Assembly (NCBI GenBank): GCA_049968235.1 | Contig: JBMFRC010000026.1 | Location: 1 to 40,050, forward strand | DNA: 40,050 bases | Direction: 5' to 3' | DNA from: Candidatus Hydrogenedens sp. | GTDB taxonomy: Bacteria; Hydrogenedentota; Hydrogenedentia; Hydrogenedentales; Hydrogenedentaceae | In this document: piece by piece, positions 29,297 to 38,489 of the stretch | Layout of the letters: the number at the start of each line of letters is the position of its first letter | Position numbering within the stretch: position 1 is the stretch's first letter | Position numbers and translations under genes: made by a program | Notes under the pieces: generated by a model | Database searches by the model: none | The model's input: the letters and a program-made list of their open reading frames with translations, nothing else | Told to the model about the DNA's origin: nothing

Positions 29297-32200
29297 TTAT
29301 TCAATTTTAGTTTCAAAAACGACAAAATTTTTGTTTATATAACCTTTTTTTTTGTCCAATTCTAAAGCCACTTTTTTAACTGCTCTAATATCTAATTTAC
29401 CTGTGCCAAGAACAGGTATAGATTCCACTTTGTAAAAAGCATTGGGTCGGGGTCTCCATAGGTTGGGAAGTTCTGACTTATCTATAAGTTCTATGAGTTT
29501 GTTTACTTGTTCTTCTTCTAATGTATGAAGGACTACAATTTTTTCACCTTTTTGTTCATCAGGAACACCTGTTACAGCTAAACTGAGTTCTGTTAAACCT
29601 AATAAATCATGTAGAATTTCTTCTATGCGTGTATGGGAAATCATTTCTCCTGCTATTTTGCTGAATCGTGCTAATCTATCTGTAATTGTTATATAACCAT
29701 CTTCATCAATTTTTGCTATATCTCCTGTTCGATACCACTCTCCTTTTAATGCTTGTTCTGTTTTTTCGGGCATGTTCAAATAACCTGCCATAATATTAGG
29801 ACCTGTAACCTCAAGCATGCCTTCCTCGCCTACGGACAAAACTTTCCCTGTATCTGGGTCGGTAATTCTAACGGATACTCCGGGTAATGGTTTTCCTATA
29901 CTTCCTACTTTATTAAACTGGTTGAAAAAACCGGGAGATTCAAAATCGGGTAGGTTTGTAGAAACCAACGGAGCACATTCGGTTGCGCCATATCCTTCTA
30001 AGGGCTCTATTCCGAATTTTTCGTAAAATCCTTTTCGTATTCTATCTGGTAATTTTTCTGCTCCGGCTATAACAATTTGTAGTGTTTTAAATTCTTCCGG
30101 AGTACATTTTCGGATAAATCCCTGAAGGAATGTGCTTGTTGCTAATAGCATATGTGCTTGATATTTTTGGGCAAGTCCACCGATTATTTTAGGTTCGAGA
30201 GGATTGGGATGAAATACACACCGGACACCATTTGTAAGGACTAACCAGATAGTTACTGTAAATCCAAATGAATGGAAAAAGGGCAGAAATCCCAATACAC
30301 ATGTATTTTTATCATGCCAGATAACTCGCTTTATACATTCTGATTGACTCATAATATTTCTTTTAGTAAGCATTACACCTTTTGGATTTCCTTCACTTCC
30401 ACTTGAAAAGATAATGGTTGCCAGGTCTTCTTCTGTATGGGGAGAATTACTGAAATATTTTTCAATAATAAAAGTAGGTAGGAATATAGCACTTATTATT
30501 CCCCAGATTTTATCCCATATATTTACGGTTTCACGGACATCTTCGAGATATACTGGTGTTTTTGGAACATTGATATTAACTCGCTCTAAAAATTTTTTTG
30601 ATGTAAGCACATGTTTAATTTCACATGCTTTTACACAAGAGGCAATTATTTCGGAACTTTGTGTATAGTTCAAGTTTACGGGTATTTTACCCATGATTTG
30701 TAGAGATATATTGACTATTGCACCTCCAATTGTCGGTGGAACAAGAATACCTACCATTTTTTCGTTACCCAATATCTTTTTAAACTTTCTACCTAATATC
30801 AAGGCTCCCATATATGCTTTGAAATAGCTAATATGCCCTGTTAGTGCATCTGCCATACAGAAATGGAAAGGATTTCTTTTTGCACAATGTATAAAAGCAC
30901 GGTGTAATGCAGAATTATAAGGGTAGGGTCTTCTTCTATATAATTCAGAACTTAATAATTGTATTTTTTCTCTTACTTCATATCCATTTTTGGGTTCATG
31001 TATGGGTTCCCCAATTTCGACATAAATCGGATAACGCAATTTTTCTGGTAATATCCATTTAATTTTCCCTTCTCTTATCCTATAAACAACCTCTGTTATG
31101 CGGTCCATATATACTGGAATAATAGGCACATTTAAGTTTTGTGTAAGTATTTTGTAGTCTTTATACCAGGGCATTTCAGGTCCTGAGAAATGGAATTTTT
31201 TCTCCCATGGGATACAGACCCAATGACCCAGAACAAGTTGTTGCCGAATTTTGATAATTATTTCCTCAATATCTTTTGTGGTAGCATTATTGGGGATTAA
31301 AATGAGATTTAAAAACTTCGATACCCACCGCATCCAACGGACTTTTAATACATCTTCTCCAACAACAAAAACAACCTTCCGGTCAAAAATATAAAAAAGA
31401 ACCATCACATCTATAAAAGATACATGGTTTGATACAAGTAAAGCAGCATTTTTTTCGGGTAACCTGTTTCGGTTAGATACAAATACACGATAAAGTGTAC
31501 TGTCTAAAATCCAGAGAATTGCACGGAGAATCATATCTTTTTCTATCCTTATCATTACAGTTAAAACTATAATTGAAAGTATTCCCGTAATAAAGAAAAT
31601 AAATCGAGGTGGACAATTCAAAATACTAAATAACAACATAAACAAACCTGCGGAAATGGTCATTCCACCAAAGGTAACTAAATTGCTTGTAGCAATCATT
31701 GCTCCACGCACCTGATTTGGACTTTGTCGTTGAAGCAGACACGCCATAGGAACATCAAATAATCCGGCACCAAATCCTAAAAAAAACATTAAAATAGTTA
31801 TATTTATTAAACTAAGTCTCGGTATTGATAATAAGAAAGAAAGTAAAATCATGATGATACTACCGATAACTACCAATCCCATTTCTATTTTCCCTCTTGA
31901 AAAATAACCCGCAGCAGTACTTCCTAAAGCAATACCTATGGCTATTAATGCTAACAGTGTTCCTATTGCCCCTGCATTATTTAACTCTACTTTTCCGTAT
32001 TCTACAATATTTTGCATAAGAAGGGCACCTGCAAACCAGAAATAAGTAATTCCCAACATAGCAAGTAGTAATTGCTTATCTTTAAAGAATATTTTGAAAT
32101 AACCTGTGAGGCCGGCAAAAGGATTGATTTCAATTTTTCGTGTAGGTTCAACAGGAGGAGCATAGGTTACCATTAAAGAAGTAAGTAATCCTATGGATGA

Positions 32201-32770
32201 TAGCCCTACCATTGAAAACATAGCTAAATATAAATTATTTTTAAACACTTCTATCATCCAACCACCTACAGCATTGCCAAAAATGATTGCAAGGAATGTC
32301 CATAGATTTAATAATCCGTTTCCCCATGATAAACGAGTTTCGGGTAAAATTTCGGGTAAAATTCCATACTTAGCAGGACTAAAAAAAGCACTTTGCATTG
32401 CCATAAGGAAAAGGGTAAAAAATAACAAATGATGGCTTTTCAGAAAAATGGCAACTGCCCCCATAACCATCACACCTAATTCCCATACTTTTGTCCATAC
32501 GGTTACTCTTTGCTTTGAATAACGGTCTGCTAATGAGCCTGCTAAAGCTGGAAAAAGTAACCATGGCAAATTGAACAATGCTGTACAGACGGGTGTAACA
32601 AAACGGTGCCATGCGGAGTCATGAGGAAGAAATAAAGGGACACTTAAAATAATTATTAATTTATATACATTATCGCTAAATGCCCCTTGAAACTGCGTGG
32701 CGAGTAGTGAATAAAAACCGAATAGATTAAAATTTTCGTCTTCTTTTATACTTTTTATGGGAATAGCCAT
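29297..32770 (-). CDS. aas: Tri-domain fusion of the lysophospholipid transporter LplT (MFS), a PlsC-type acyltransferase and an acyl-[ACP] synthetase (Aas)
   Basis: 1157 aa. The N-terminal ~400 aa form a 12-TM MFS. The middle has a PlsC/LPLAT acyltransferase with a HxxxxD-type motif (SNHVSFIDVMVLFY). The C-terminal ~550 aa form an AMP-binding adenylation domain (IIFSSGSEGNPKGVMLT; YRTGD; GKL). The size matches E. coli LplT (~400) plus Aas (~720). Confidence 0.8.
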   Translation of the reverse strand: MAIPIKSIKEDENFNLFGFYSLLATQFQGAFSDNVYKLIIILSVPLFLPHDSAWHRFVTPVCTALFNLPWLLFPALAGSLADRYSKQRVTVWTKVWELGVMVMGAVAIFLKSHHLLFFTLFLMAMQSAFFSPAKYGILPEILPETRLSWGNGLLNLWTFLAIIFGNAVGGWMIEVFKNNLYLAMFSMVGLSSIGLLTSLMVTYAPPVEPTRKIEINPFAGLTGYFKIFFKDKQLLLAMLGITYFWFAGALLMQNIVEYGKVELNNAGAIGTLLALIAIGIALGSTAAGYFSRGKIEMGLVVIGSIIMILLSFLLSIPRLSLINITILMFFLGFGAGLFDVPMACLLQRQSPNQVRGAMIATSNLVTFGGMTISAGLFMLLFSILNCPPRFIFFITGILSIIVLTVMIRIEKDMILRAILWILDSTLYRVFVSNRNRLPEKNAALLVSNHVSFIDVMVLFYIFDRKVVFVVGEDVLKVRWMRWVSKFLNLILIPNNATTKDIEEIIIKIRQQLVLGHWVCIPWEKKFHFSGPEMPWYKDYKILTQNLNVPIIPVYMDRITEVVYRIREGKIKWILPEKLRYPIYVEIGEPIHEPKNGYEVREKIQLLSSELYRRRPYPYNSALHRAFIHCAKRNPFHFCMADALTGHISYFKAYMGALILGRKFKKILGNEKMVGILVPPTIGGAIVNISLQIMGKIPVNLNYTQSSEIIASCVKACEIKHVLTSKKFLERVNINVPKTPVYLEDVRETVNIWDKIWGIISAIFLPTFIIEKYFSNSPHTEEDLATIIFSSGSEGNPKGVMLTKRNIMSQSECIKRVIWHDKNTCVLGFLPFFHSFGFTVTIWLVLTNGVRCVFHPNPLEPKIIGGLAQKYQAHMLLATSTFLQGFIRKCTPEEFKTLQIVIAGAEKLPDRIRKGFYEKFGIEPLEGYGATECAPLVSTNLPDFESPGFFNQFNKVGSIGKPLPGVSVRITDPDTGKVLSVGEEGMLEVTGPNIMAGYLNMPEKTEQALKGEWYRTGDIAKIDEDGYITITDRLARFSKIAGEMISHTRIEEILHDLLGLTELSLAVTGVPDEQKGEKIVVLHTLEEEQVNKLIELIDKSELPNLWRPRPNAFYKVESIPVLGTGKLDIRAVKKVALELDKKKGYINKNFVVFETKIE

Positions 32771-32815
32771 AGAATTTTCTGACTTTTGGTTATTTATTTT
32801 TTTTTCTTAAAAATT

Positions 32816-33307
32816 TTAAATGTTATCTTTAGAAGAGTAGGAAATGGTCATTAATCTCTCACGGATAATTTCCATAAACTTAATAATCTCATTACATTCT
32901 TTATCGGAAAAACAGGATAAAATACGATGAATATTTCGTCTATAAATGGGCTCCATTTTCCGGACAAGATTCAAACCTTCGGGCGTAAGTTCCACATGCC
33001 GTACTCTTCTATTCCCTTCTACAGAATTTCTTAATACCAATCCTTTGGCTTCTAATTTATCAAGAATGGAAGTAATACTGGCGCGTGTTACAACCAAACG
33101 TCTCCCTAAATCGGATTGTGTCCATTTTCTTTTTTTATATTTAAGAGCGAAGAGAACATTGAATTGTGCTTCGGTTAGACCATACTTGCGAAAAAATGCT
33201 TCTCCTTTTAGAGATAATACCGCGACTGTTCTCACGATATTTAATAAAGTTTCATGCCTTAAATCCTGTATAGGTTGTTCTAATTCTAATTCTTTATTTA
33301 TTGACAT
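32816..33307 (-). CDS. MarR-family transcriptional regulator
   Basis: Winged-helix core (LTEAQFNVLFAL...WTQSDLGRRLVVTRASITSILDKLEAKGLV). The start at 33307 has a GGAG SD 10 nt upstream. The longer 33355 start is less likely. Confidence 0.8.
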   Translation of the reverse strand: MSINKELELEQPIQDLRHETLLNIVRTVAVLSLKGEAFFRKYGLTEAQFNVLFALKYKKRKWTQSDLGRRLVVTRASITSILDKLEAKGLVLRNSVEGNRRVRHVELTPEGLNLVRKMEPIYRRNIHRILSCFSDKECNEIIKFMEIIRERLMTISYSSKDNI

Positions 33308-33373
33308 TGAAACACTACTCCATCGCAAGTTACTATAATATTTATCTTTTAACATTTTACTTAATAATTGTAA

Positions 33374-33387
33374 AACAATAAATTGTT
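33374..33387. promoter_or_regulatory. Candidate MarR operator: a perfect 6-2-6 palindrome, AACAAT-AA-ATTGTT
   Basis: It lies in the 112-bp divergent spacer between marR (-) and the TIGR01777 epimerase (+). MarR-family operators are typically short palindromes overlapping their own promoter. Confidence 0.3.
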
Positions 33388-33419
33388 AGATGTCAATCAA
33401 TTTATACAAGGTATCACCT

Positions 33420-34313
33420 ATGAAAATACTTTTATCTGGTGCTTCAGGGTTTGTTGGGAAACATTTATATAATCATTTATGTGAAGAAGGTTTTACATGT
33501 TATAAATTAGTTCGCACAACACCCTGTACCGAAAAAGAAATTTTTTGGGACCCGTATAAAGAAATCATCAATCAGGAAGCAATCAAAGATATAGACATTT
33601 TTATTCATTTAAGTGGTGCGAATATTGCTGATGCTTTCTGGACAAAAAAACGCAAACAGGTTTTAATGGAAAGTCGTGTGCAGACAACAAAATTTCTTGC
33701 AGAATCTATTGCTCGTTTGAATAATAATTCAAAGAGATTATTTATTTCGTCGGCTATAGGTTACTATGGGGTCTCAAACAATACTCTTATAACAGAATCG
33801 GGAGAAAAAGGACAAGGTTTTTTATCTACTCTGTGTGAAAATTGGGAACATTCTGCTCAAATCGCAATCTCATCTGGAGTTAAAACAGTTTTTATGCGTT
33901 TTGGTATTGTTATGGGGAAGGATGGTGGTTATTTAAATAGATTAATGAAAATATATCGTTTAGGATTGGGAGGTGTCGTTGGAGATAAAAATGCATCTTT
34001 AAGTTGGATAGCCATTGAGGATTTATGCAGTGCTATCATTTTTTTATTAAAACAAGAGAAATCTCAAGGACCTTATAACTTTGTTTCACCCAATCCTGTT
34101 ACGCAAAAAGAATTTTCTTCTCTTTTATCAAAAATTGTAAAGAGACCTGCATTTTTTCATATTCCTTCTTGTTTCATAAAAGCATTCTTAGGAGAAATGG
34201 GAAGGGAATTATTTTTAGCAGACCAAAAGGTTTATCCGGAGAAACTGCTTAATGAAGGTTTTATATTTACCTTTCCTTATTTTGCTGAATATTTAGAGTA
34301 TCTTTTTAGATAA
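33420..34313 (+). CDS. TIGR01777-family NAD-dependent epimerase/dehydratase (SDR39U1/YfcH-like, C-terminal DUF1731)
   Basis: MKILLSGASGFVGKHL Rossmann start at the internal Met; about 298 aa. C-terminal region NEGFIFTFPYFAEYLEYL. Convergent 8-nt overlap with the next gene. Confidence 0.8.
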   Translation: MKILLSGASGFVGKHLYNHLCEEGFTCYKLVRTTPCTEKEIFWDPYKEIINQEAIKDIDIFIHLSGANIADAFWTKKRKQVLMESRVQTTKFLAESIARLNNNSKRLFISSAIGYYGVSNNTLITESGEKGQGFLSTLCENWEHSAQIAISSGVKTVFMRFGIVMGKDGGYLNRLMKIYRLGLGGVVGDKNASLSWIAIEDLCSAIIFLLKQEKSQGPYNFVSPNPVTQKEFSSLLSKIVKRPAFFHIPSCFIKAFLGEMGRELFLADQKVYPEKLLNEGFIFTFPYFAEYLEYLFR

Positions 34314-35004
34314 TTCCTATCAGATATAATCCCCCTAACCCTAATAATGAGAACAATGTTAAAAAAATAAATAAGACAATAAACCAAAACCAGATAAGTA
34401 CACCGCCTACGGGGAATACTTCGTGGAATTTTCTGACCTCCACAATAGTTTTTTGTAAACCTAAAATATCTAAAAATCCAAATTTTTCTTTTTCACCAAC
34501 TGCTATCCAAAATTTTCCTTCTCGGGGTTCAGGGATATAACCGACAATGTAGTAATCTCCTGTTTTAGGTAAAATGTATTCAATAGTAGGGAATATCCAT
34601 GAATATGTTCCTGTAAATTTTTCGTGGAAAATTTCGGGTTTTTGTGATTGCGTAGTAAATACCTCTCCTCCATATTCTATTGGAACGGGAAAAGGAACTG
34701 TTATCGGGGGCATACTTTTAGAAATAATTGCACATGCAGGGAAGTATACCGGTTTTGAATCATCTAATTTGGGAGAACCTAACTGTATTTTAATCTTCTG
34801 GTTTTCCTTACCAAAAAATTTTAACCAGATTTCTAATTTGCCTTGTGTAGCATTGTGATATGCCACCTGTGAAATATCTATATCTTCTATAACATAAGGG
34901 TTATCAATACTTGATGGACCTCCATCTATAACAATTGGCTTATGTGCGAAACTATTTGCACATAAAAAAAGTATCACTGATAAACCAATGAATAGTATCT
35001 TCAT
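34306..35004 (-). CDS. Hypothetical secreted protein with a C-terminal transmembrane anchor
   Basis: Signal peptide MKILFIGLSVILFLCANSFA/HKP, an ectodomain of about 170 aa, and a C-terminal hydrophobic stretch VLIWFWFIVLFIFLTLFSLLGLGGLYLIGII. I do not recognise the family. Confidence 0.5.
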   Translation of the reverse strand: MKILFIGLSVILFLCANSFAHKPIVIDGGPSSIDNPYVIEDIDISQVAYHNATQGKLEIWLKFFGKENQKIKIQLGSPKLDDSKPVYFPACAIISKSMPPITVPFPVPIEYGGEVFTTQSQKPEIFHEKFTGTYSWIFPTIEYILPKTGDYYIVGYIPEPREGKFWIAVGEKEKFGFLDILGLQKTIVEVRKFHEVFPVGGVLIWFWFIVLFIFLTLFSLLGLGGLYLIGII

Positions 35005-35028
35005 AAATCCCTCCTTTGGTTTCTTTTA

Positions 35029-36948
35029 TCAGAACAGATTTCCCTTTACTTTCATTCCCTTCTCAACTTTTACATCTTGTTGGGATAGTTTTAGTGTCCC
35101 TGTTGAGTATTCATTTTCTACTTCCTGTATCTCTATCTTTCCAATTGGGACTTGACGGAAACCTATTTTTTTGCCATTAATTTCAATGGGTTCTCCCTGT
35201 TGAAGGATAGTTAAGACACAACCTTCTTTAATCCCATGATTTTTACCAAGATTTACCGTGACAGAATTATCCGATACCGATATAATTGTTCCACGGACAT
35301 TTTTATTTGTTTCTTTGAAACATTGTTCCATTTCATCAGTAACTTTTTGTATGGTTGCAATTAAATCATTTTCGTCAATGATACTTGAACACTGGCCTAC
35401 AATTTCGGTAGTTTCTGTATCTACAAGACGAACATACACCATAGGAGATTTCCCTAACGAAGCAAATTCTATAAACCCTAAAAATCGTGCAGAGAGAACT
35501 TTCCCTAATTGTCTTTGAGTTTCTGGAGAGGCTAAATCGGAACTTCCTAATTGTAATTCCTGTAAAAGTTTGTCTAACATTTCTCTTTCTACTACTTGCA
35601 CAGGTTTAAGTTTATTTTTAACTGTTTTTTCGAGTTCCCGCTGGAAGGCACTATCAATCCCTGCTCTATCAAGAAACAATCCTTGTGCAATCGTATTTCC
35701 CTTTAAAAAGGCTATAACAGGTGGTTTTGTATCCCATGTATCACTGGCTACTGCCCCACTTTCTTTTAATTCCTTAAATTGGGTCGTCAATTGCGTTATT
35801 TGTTCCTGTATGACTTTTTGTCGTTCTACATCATTATTTTTTTGTATCTGTTCTGTAATTTGTTGTAACAATAACTGAGTTACCTGGTCGTCACCTCTTT
35901 TTGAGGCTTCTGTTAATATTTCTTTTGCTTTATCCAGTTCTCCTTTTTTCTGATGGACAACCGCTTTGTTACTTAATGCAACAACATTCATTGGGTCAAG
36001 TGAGACTGCTTGCTCAAATTCTTGTAACGCTTTTGTATCATCACCTGCTTCTTGAGATATTCTGCCTTGGGCATTTAAGTTCTCCGCTTTCATCCAATCA
36101 TACTTTATTTTTCCTTCATTATTTTGTAGGATTGTTCGGGCTTCTTCTGTCTTACCTAATTTAGAAAGAGCCATTCCTTTAATAGTTTGTGCATAACCGT
36201 CATCCGGGACCTGGTCAGCATACTCGATGGCTTTCTGGTAATCTCCTTTTATATATGCGATTTTTGCTAAACCTGCAGTAGCATTTATTGCTCCAAATTC
36301 CTTTTCTGCTTCATCAATTTTTCCCTGTTCGGATAAAATATATCCTTTAAGTTCTTGCAGTTCTTGTGATGCACTCGTTTTTTCATCGGGAATAGAGGTA
36401 TTCAGCATTTTACTTGCTGTCTCCAAATCTTTTTTTCTGTAAAAGAATTCTGCCGTTTCTTTTAGTAAACTTAATTGATGTCCCCCACCTCTTAAAACTC
36501 TTTCAATAACCATAGAGGGTGGGGCAACAAATAAAATCATGGGAAGCACATCTGCTTTGCTTAACCATGAATTATCGGATAGTTCCTGCTCGGGTATAAT
36601 CTTAAATTTCAAATCTAATCTATTTGCGAACTGTTTCAGTCCTTCTGTATTTTCTTTACAGCCGATACCTATAATTTCAAGTTTTTCCCCACCAAACTGA
36701 AGGTCTAATACAGATAATTTGGTTGCCATTTCTTCGCCTATTTTAGGTGAGAAAAGAAAAATAATTAAAACAGGTTCTTTTTTTTCGCCATAATTATTCA
36801 GGTTTATCTCTTCTCCATTAATGTCTTTTGCTGTAAATAATGGAAATTTATCATTTTTTACAAATGTTTGAGCAGAAGCATTCACCACCCCGATAGATAT
36901 TATGAATATCATTTGCAACATAAAAAAATTTTTTGTTCTTAAAAGCAT
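35029..36948 (-). CDS. Secreted multidomain protein with a thioredoxin-like fold (no CxxC), TPR repeats, a CsgG/LpoB-like domain and a C-terminal beta domain
   Basis: The start at 36948 is preferred, with an AGGAG SD 7 nt upstream; the track ORF extends to 37005. Signal peptide MLLRTKNFFMLQMIFIISIGVVNASA/Q. A TlpA-like segment (KEPVLIIFLFSPKIGEE) lacks the Cys pair. TPR motifs run across the middle. The segment PVIAFLKGN...VVEREMLDKLLQELQLGSSDL...QLGKVLSARFLGFIEFASLGKSPMVYVRLVDTETTEIVG has the hallmark pattern of CsgG/LpoB-type envelope domains. Confidence 0.55.
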   Translation of the reverse strand: MLLRTKNFFMLQMIFIISIGVVNASAQTFVKNDKFPLFTAKDINGEEINLNNYGEKKEPVLIIFLFSPKIGEEMATKLSVLDLQFGGEKLEIIGIGCKENTEGLKQFANRLDLKFKIIPEQELSDNSWLSKADVLPMILFVAPPSMVIERVLRGGGHQLSLLKETAEFFYRKKDLETASKMLNTSIPDEKTSASQELQELKGYILSEQGKIDEAEKEFGAINATAGLAKIAYIKGDYQKAIEYADQVPDDGYAQTIKGMALSKLGKTEEARTILQNNEGKIKYDWMKAENLNAQGRISQEAGDDTKALQEFEQAVSLDPMNVVALSNKAVVHQKKGELDKAKEILTEASKRGDDQVTQLLLQQITEQIQKNNDVERQKVIQEQITQLTTQFKELKESGAVASDTWDTKPPVIAFLKGNTIAQGLFLDRAGIDSAFQRELEKTVKNKLKPVQVVEREMLDKLLQELQLGSSDLASPETQRQLGKVLSARFLGFIEFASLGKSPMVYVRLVDTETTEIVGQCSSIIDENDLIATIQKVTDEMEQCFKETNKNVRGTIISVSDNSVTVNLGKNHGIKEGCVLTILQQGEPIEINGKKIGFRQVPIGKIEIQEVENEYSTGTLKLSQQDVKVEKGMKVKGNLF

Positions 36949-37025
36949 ATCAATTCTCCTATTTACTTGTTTTTGTAAAACCAATCTCTTTATTAATTTT
37001 ACCATTTTTAAGGAATTTTTGCTCT

Positions 37026-38489
37026 CTATCTTTTAATAGGAGGTAAAAGGATATGTTTTGCAATGGTTTCACCGGGTTCTTTAGGCTTTATTGTTGAGGA
37101 TAATTCGCCTGTTAAGGTATCGCTTCCTCTTCGGATTGTCCATGAAATTGAGACCGGCTTGCCCTGAAATTGTGCTGTCTCCCCTGTGTTATATTTATCA
37201 TTTTTATAAATTATTTCGCCTTTTTGGTCTTTTATTTCTAACTCTACAGTACCTTCAAAAGGAGAAATTTTATTAGATATTCTTTTTAAATCCAAATAAT
37301 CTTGAAAATCCTCATAGGCTTCAACACTTTCAGTCTGCCAGATATTAAATATTGCTTTCCCGAAGTATGGTTCATTTGTTTTGGTATTAGTATTCGTTCC
37401 CGCATTATTATTTTTATTTCCTGAATAGGAATACAAAATTCCTAAAATTATTCCAATCACTATTAGTGCAATTCCTATTACAGCCACTAAATTTTGCTTT
37501 TTTCTAATATTGTTTTGCATTTTATTAAGTTCATCATCTGTTTTACTTATCCCTTTTTCTTCAGCCAATAGTGTAGGTGCGTCTGATGTTGTTTGAATGG
37601 AATTCTTTTTTTCTGTTTTACCTATAGCATTATTAAGGGCTTTTGAAAATTCCTCCATATTTTCATATCGTTCATCAGGATTTTTGCTCATTGCCTTCAT
37701 GATGACACTATCTAATTCTTTTGGAACTCGTATATTCAAATCAGAAGGAGGTAAGGGTTGAGTTCGTAATACTTTGTGCATAATCACATTCAAAGTATCC
37801 CCGACAAAGGGTTTTTCCCCTGTTATAAGTTCATAGAGAACCACCGCCAGAGAAAACTGGTCTGATTTGCCATCAATCTTTCCTCCGGTAAATTGTTCTG
37901 GGCTCATATAATGAGGAGTCCCGATTAGTGTTCCTTCTTGTGTAAGGGTAGAATCTGGAAGTCGAGCAACACCAAAATCTGTTAATTTTATATTTCCATC
38001 TTTTGTTATTAATATATTTGAAGGTTTAATATCTCTATGAACTATCTTGTGTTTATGTGTTTCATTTAAGGCGTTACAAGTAGCATTTGCTATTCTAACA
38101 ATTTCGTCCAGTGACCATGTTTTTTTCTGACCTATTAATGATTTTAAGTCCTCACCTTCTATATATTCCATCACAATATAAGCAAGTCCTCCTTCATCAC
38201 CCATGTCATATATAGTTACTACATTGGGATGTTGAATCTGTCCTGCCATAATGGCTTCGCGTGTAAAGCGAATAAATATTTCATCTGCAATACTGGCACT
38301 TACAGATAGGTCTTTTCTCGCTGTCTTTATCGCTACTTTTCTTTTAATAATAGGGTCATATCCTTCGTATACAACACCCATTGCACCTTTACCAATTTCA
38401 CGGATAATTTCATATTTACCAATTTTTTTTGGTATTTGTGAATCTTCGATTATTGTATCTTCTTTCTTTTCTTCATCTCTTCTATCCAT
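37026..38489 (-). CDS. Hanks-type Ser/Thr protein kinase with a single TM and an extracytoplasmic C-terminal domain
   Basis: GxGxxG (IGKGAMGVV), VAIK, HRDIKPSNIL, DFGVAR, and the activation loop GTPHYMSPE are present. A TM helix LVAVIGIALIVIGIILGILY follows, then a 130-aa Asn/Thr-rich unknown domain. The start overlaps the upstream protease gene by 40 nt. Confidence 0.9.
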   Translation of the reverse strand: MDRRDEEKKEDTIIEDSQIPKKIGKYEIIREIGKGAMGVVYEGYDPIIKRKVAIKTARKDLSVSASIADEIFIRFTREAIMAGQIQHPNVVTIYDMGDEGGLAYIVMEYIEGEDLKSLIGQKKTWSLDEIVRIANATCNALNETHKHKIVHRDIKPSNILITKDGNIKLTDFGVARLPDSTLTQEGTLIGTPHYMSPEQFTGGKIDGKSDQFSLAVVLYELITGEKPFVGDTLNVIMHKVLRTQPLPPSDLNIRVPKELDSVIMKAMSKNPDERYENMEEFSKALNNAIGKTEKKNSIQTTSDAPTLLAEEKGISKTDDELNKMQNNIRKKQNLVAVIGIALIVIGIILGILYSYSGNKNNNAGTNTNTKTNEPYFGKAIFNIWQTESVEAYEDFQDYLDLKRISNKISPFEGTVELEIKDQKGEIIYKNDKYNTGETAQFQGKPVSISWTIRRGSDTLTGELSSTIKPKEPGETIAKHILLPPIKR

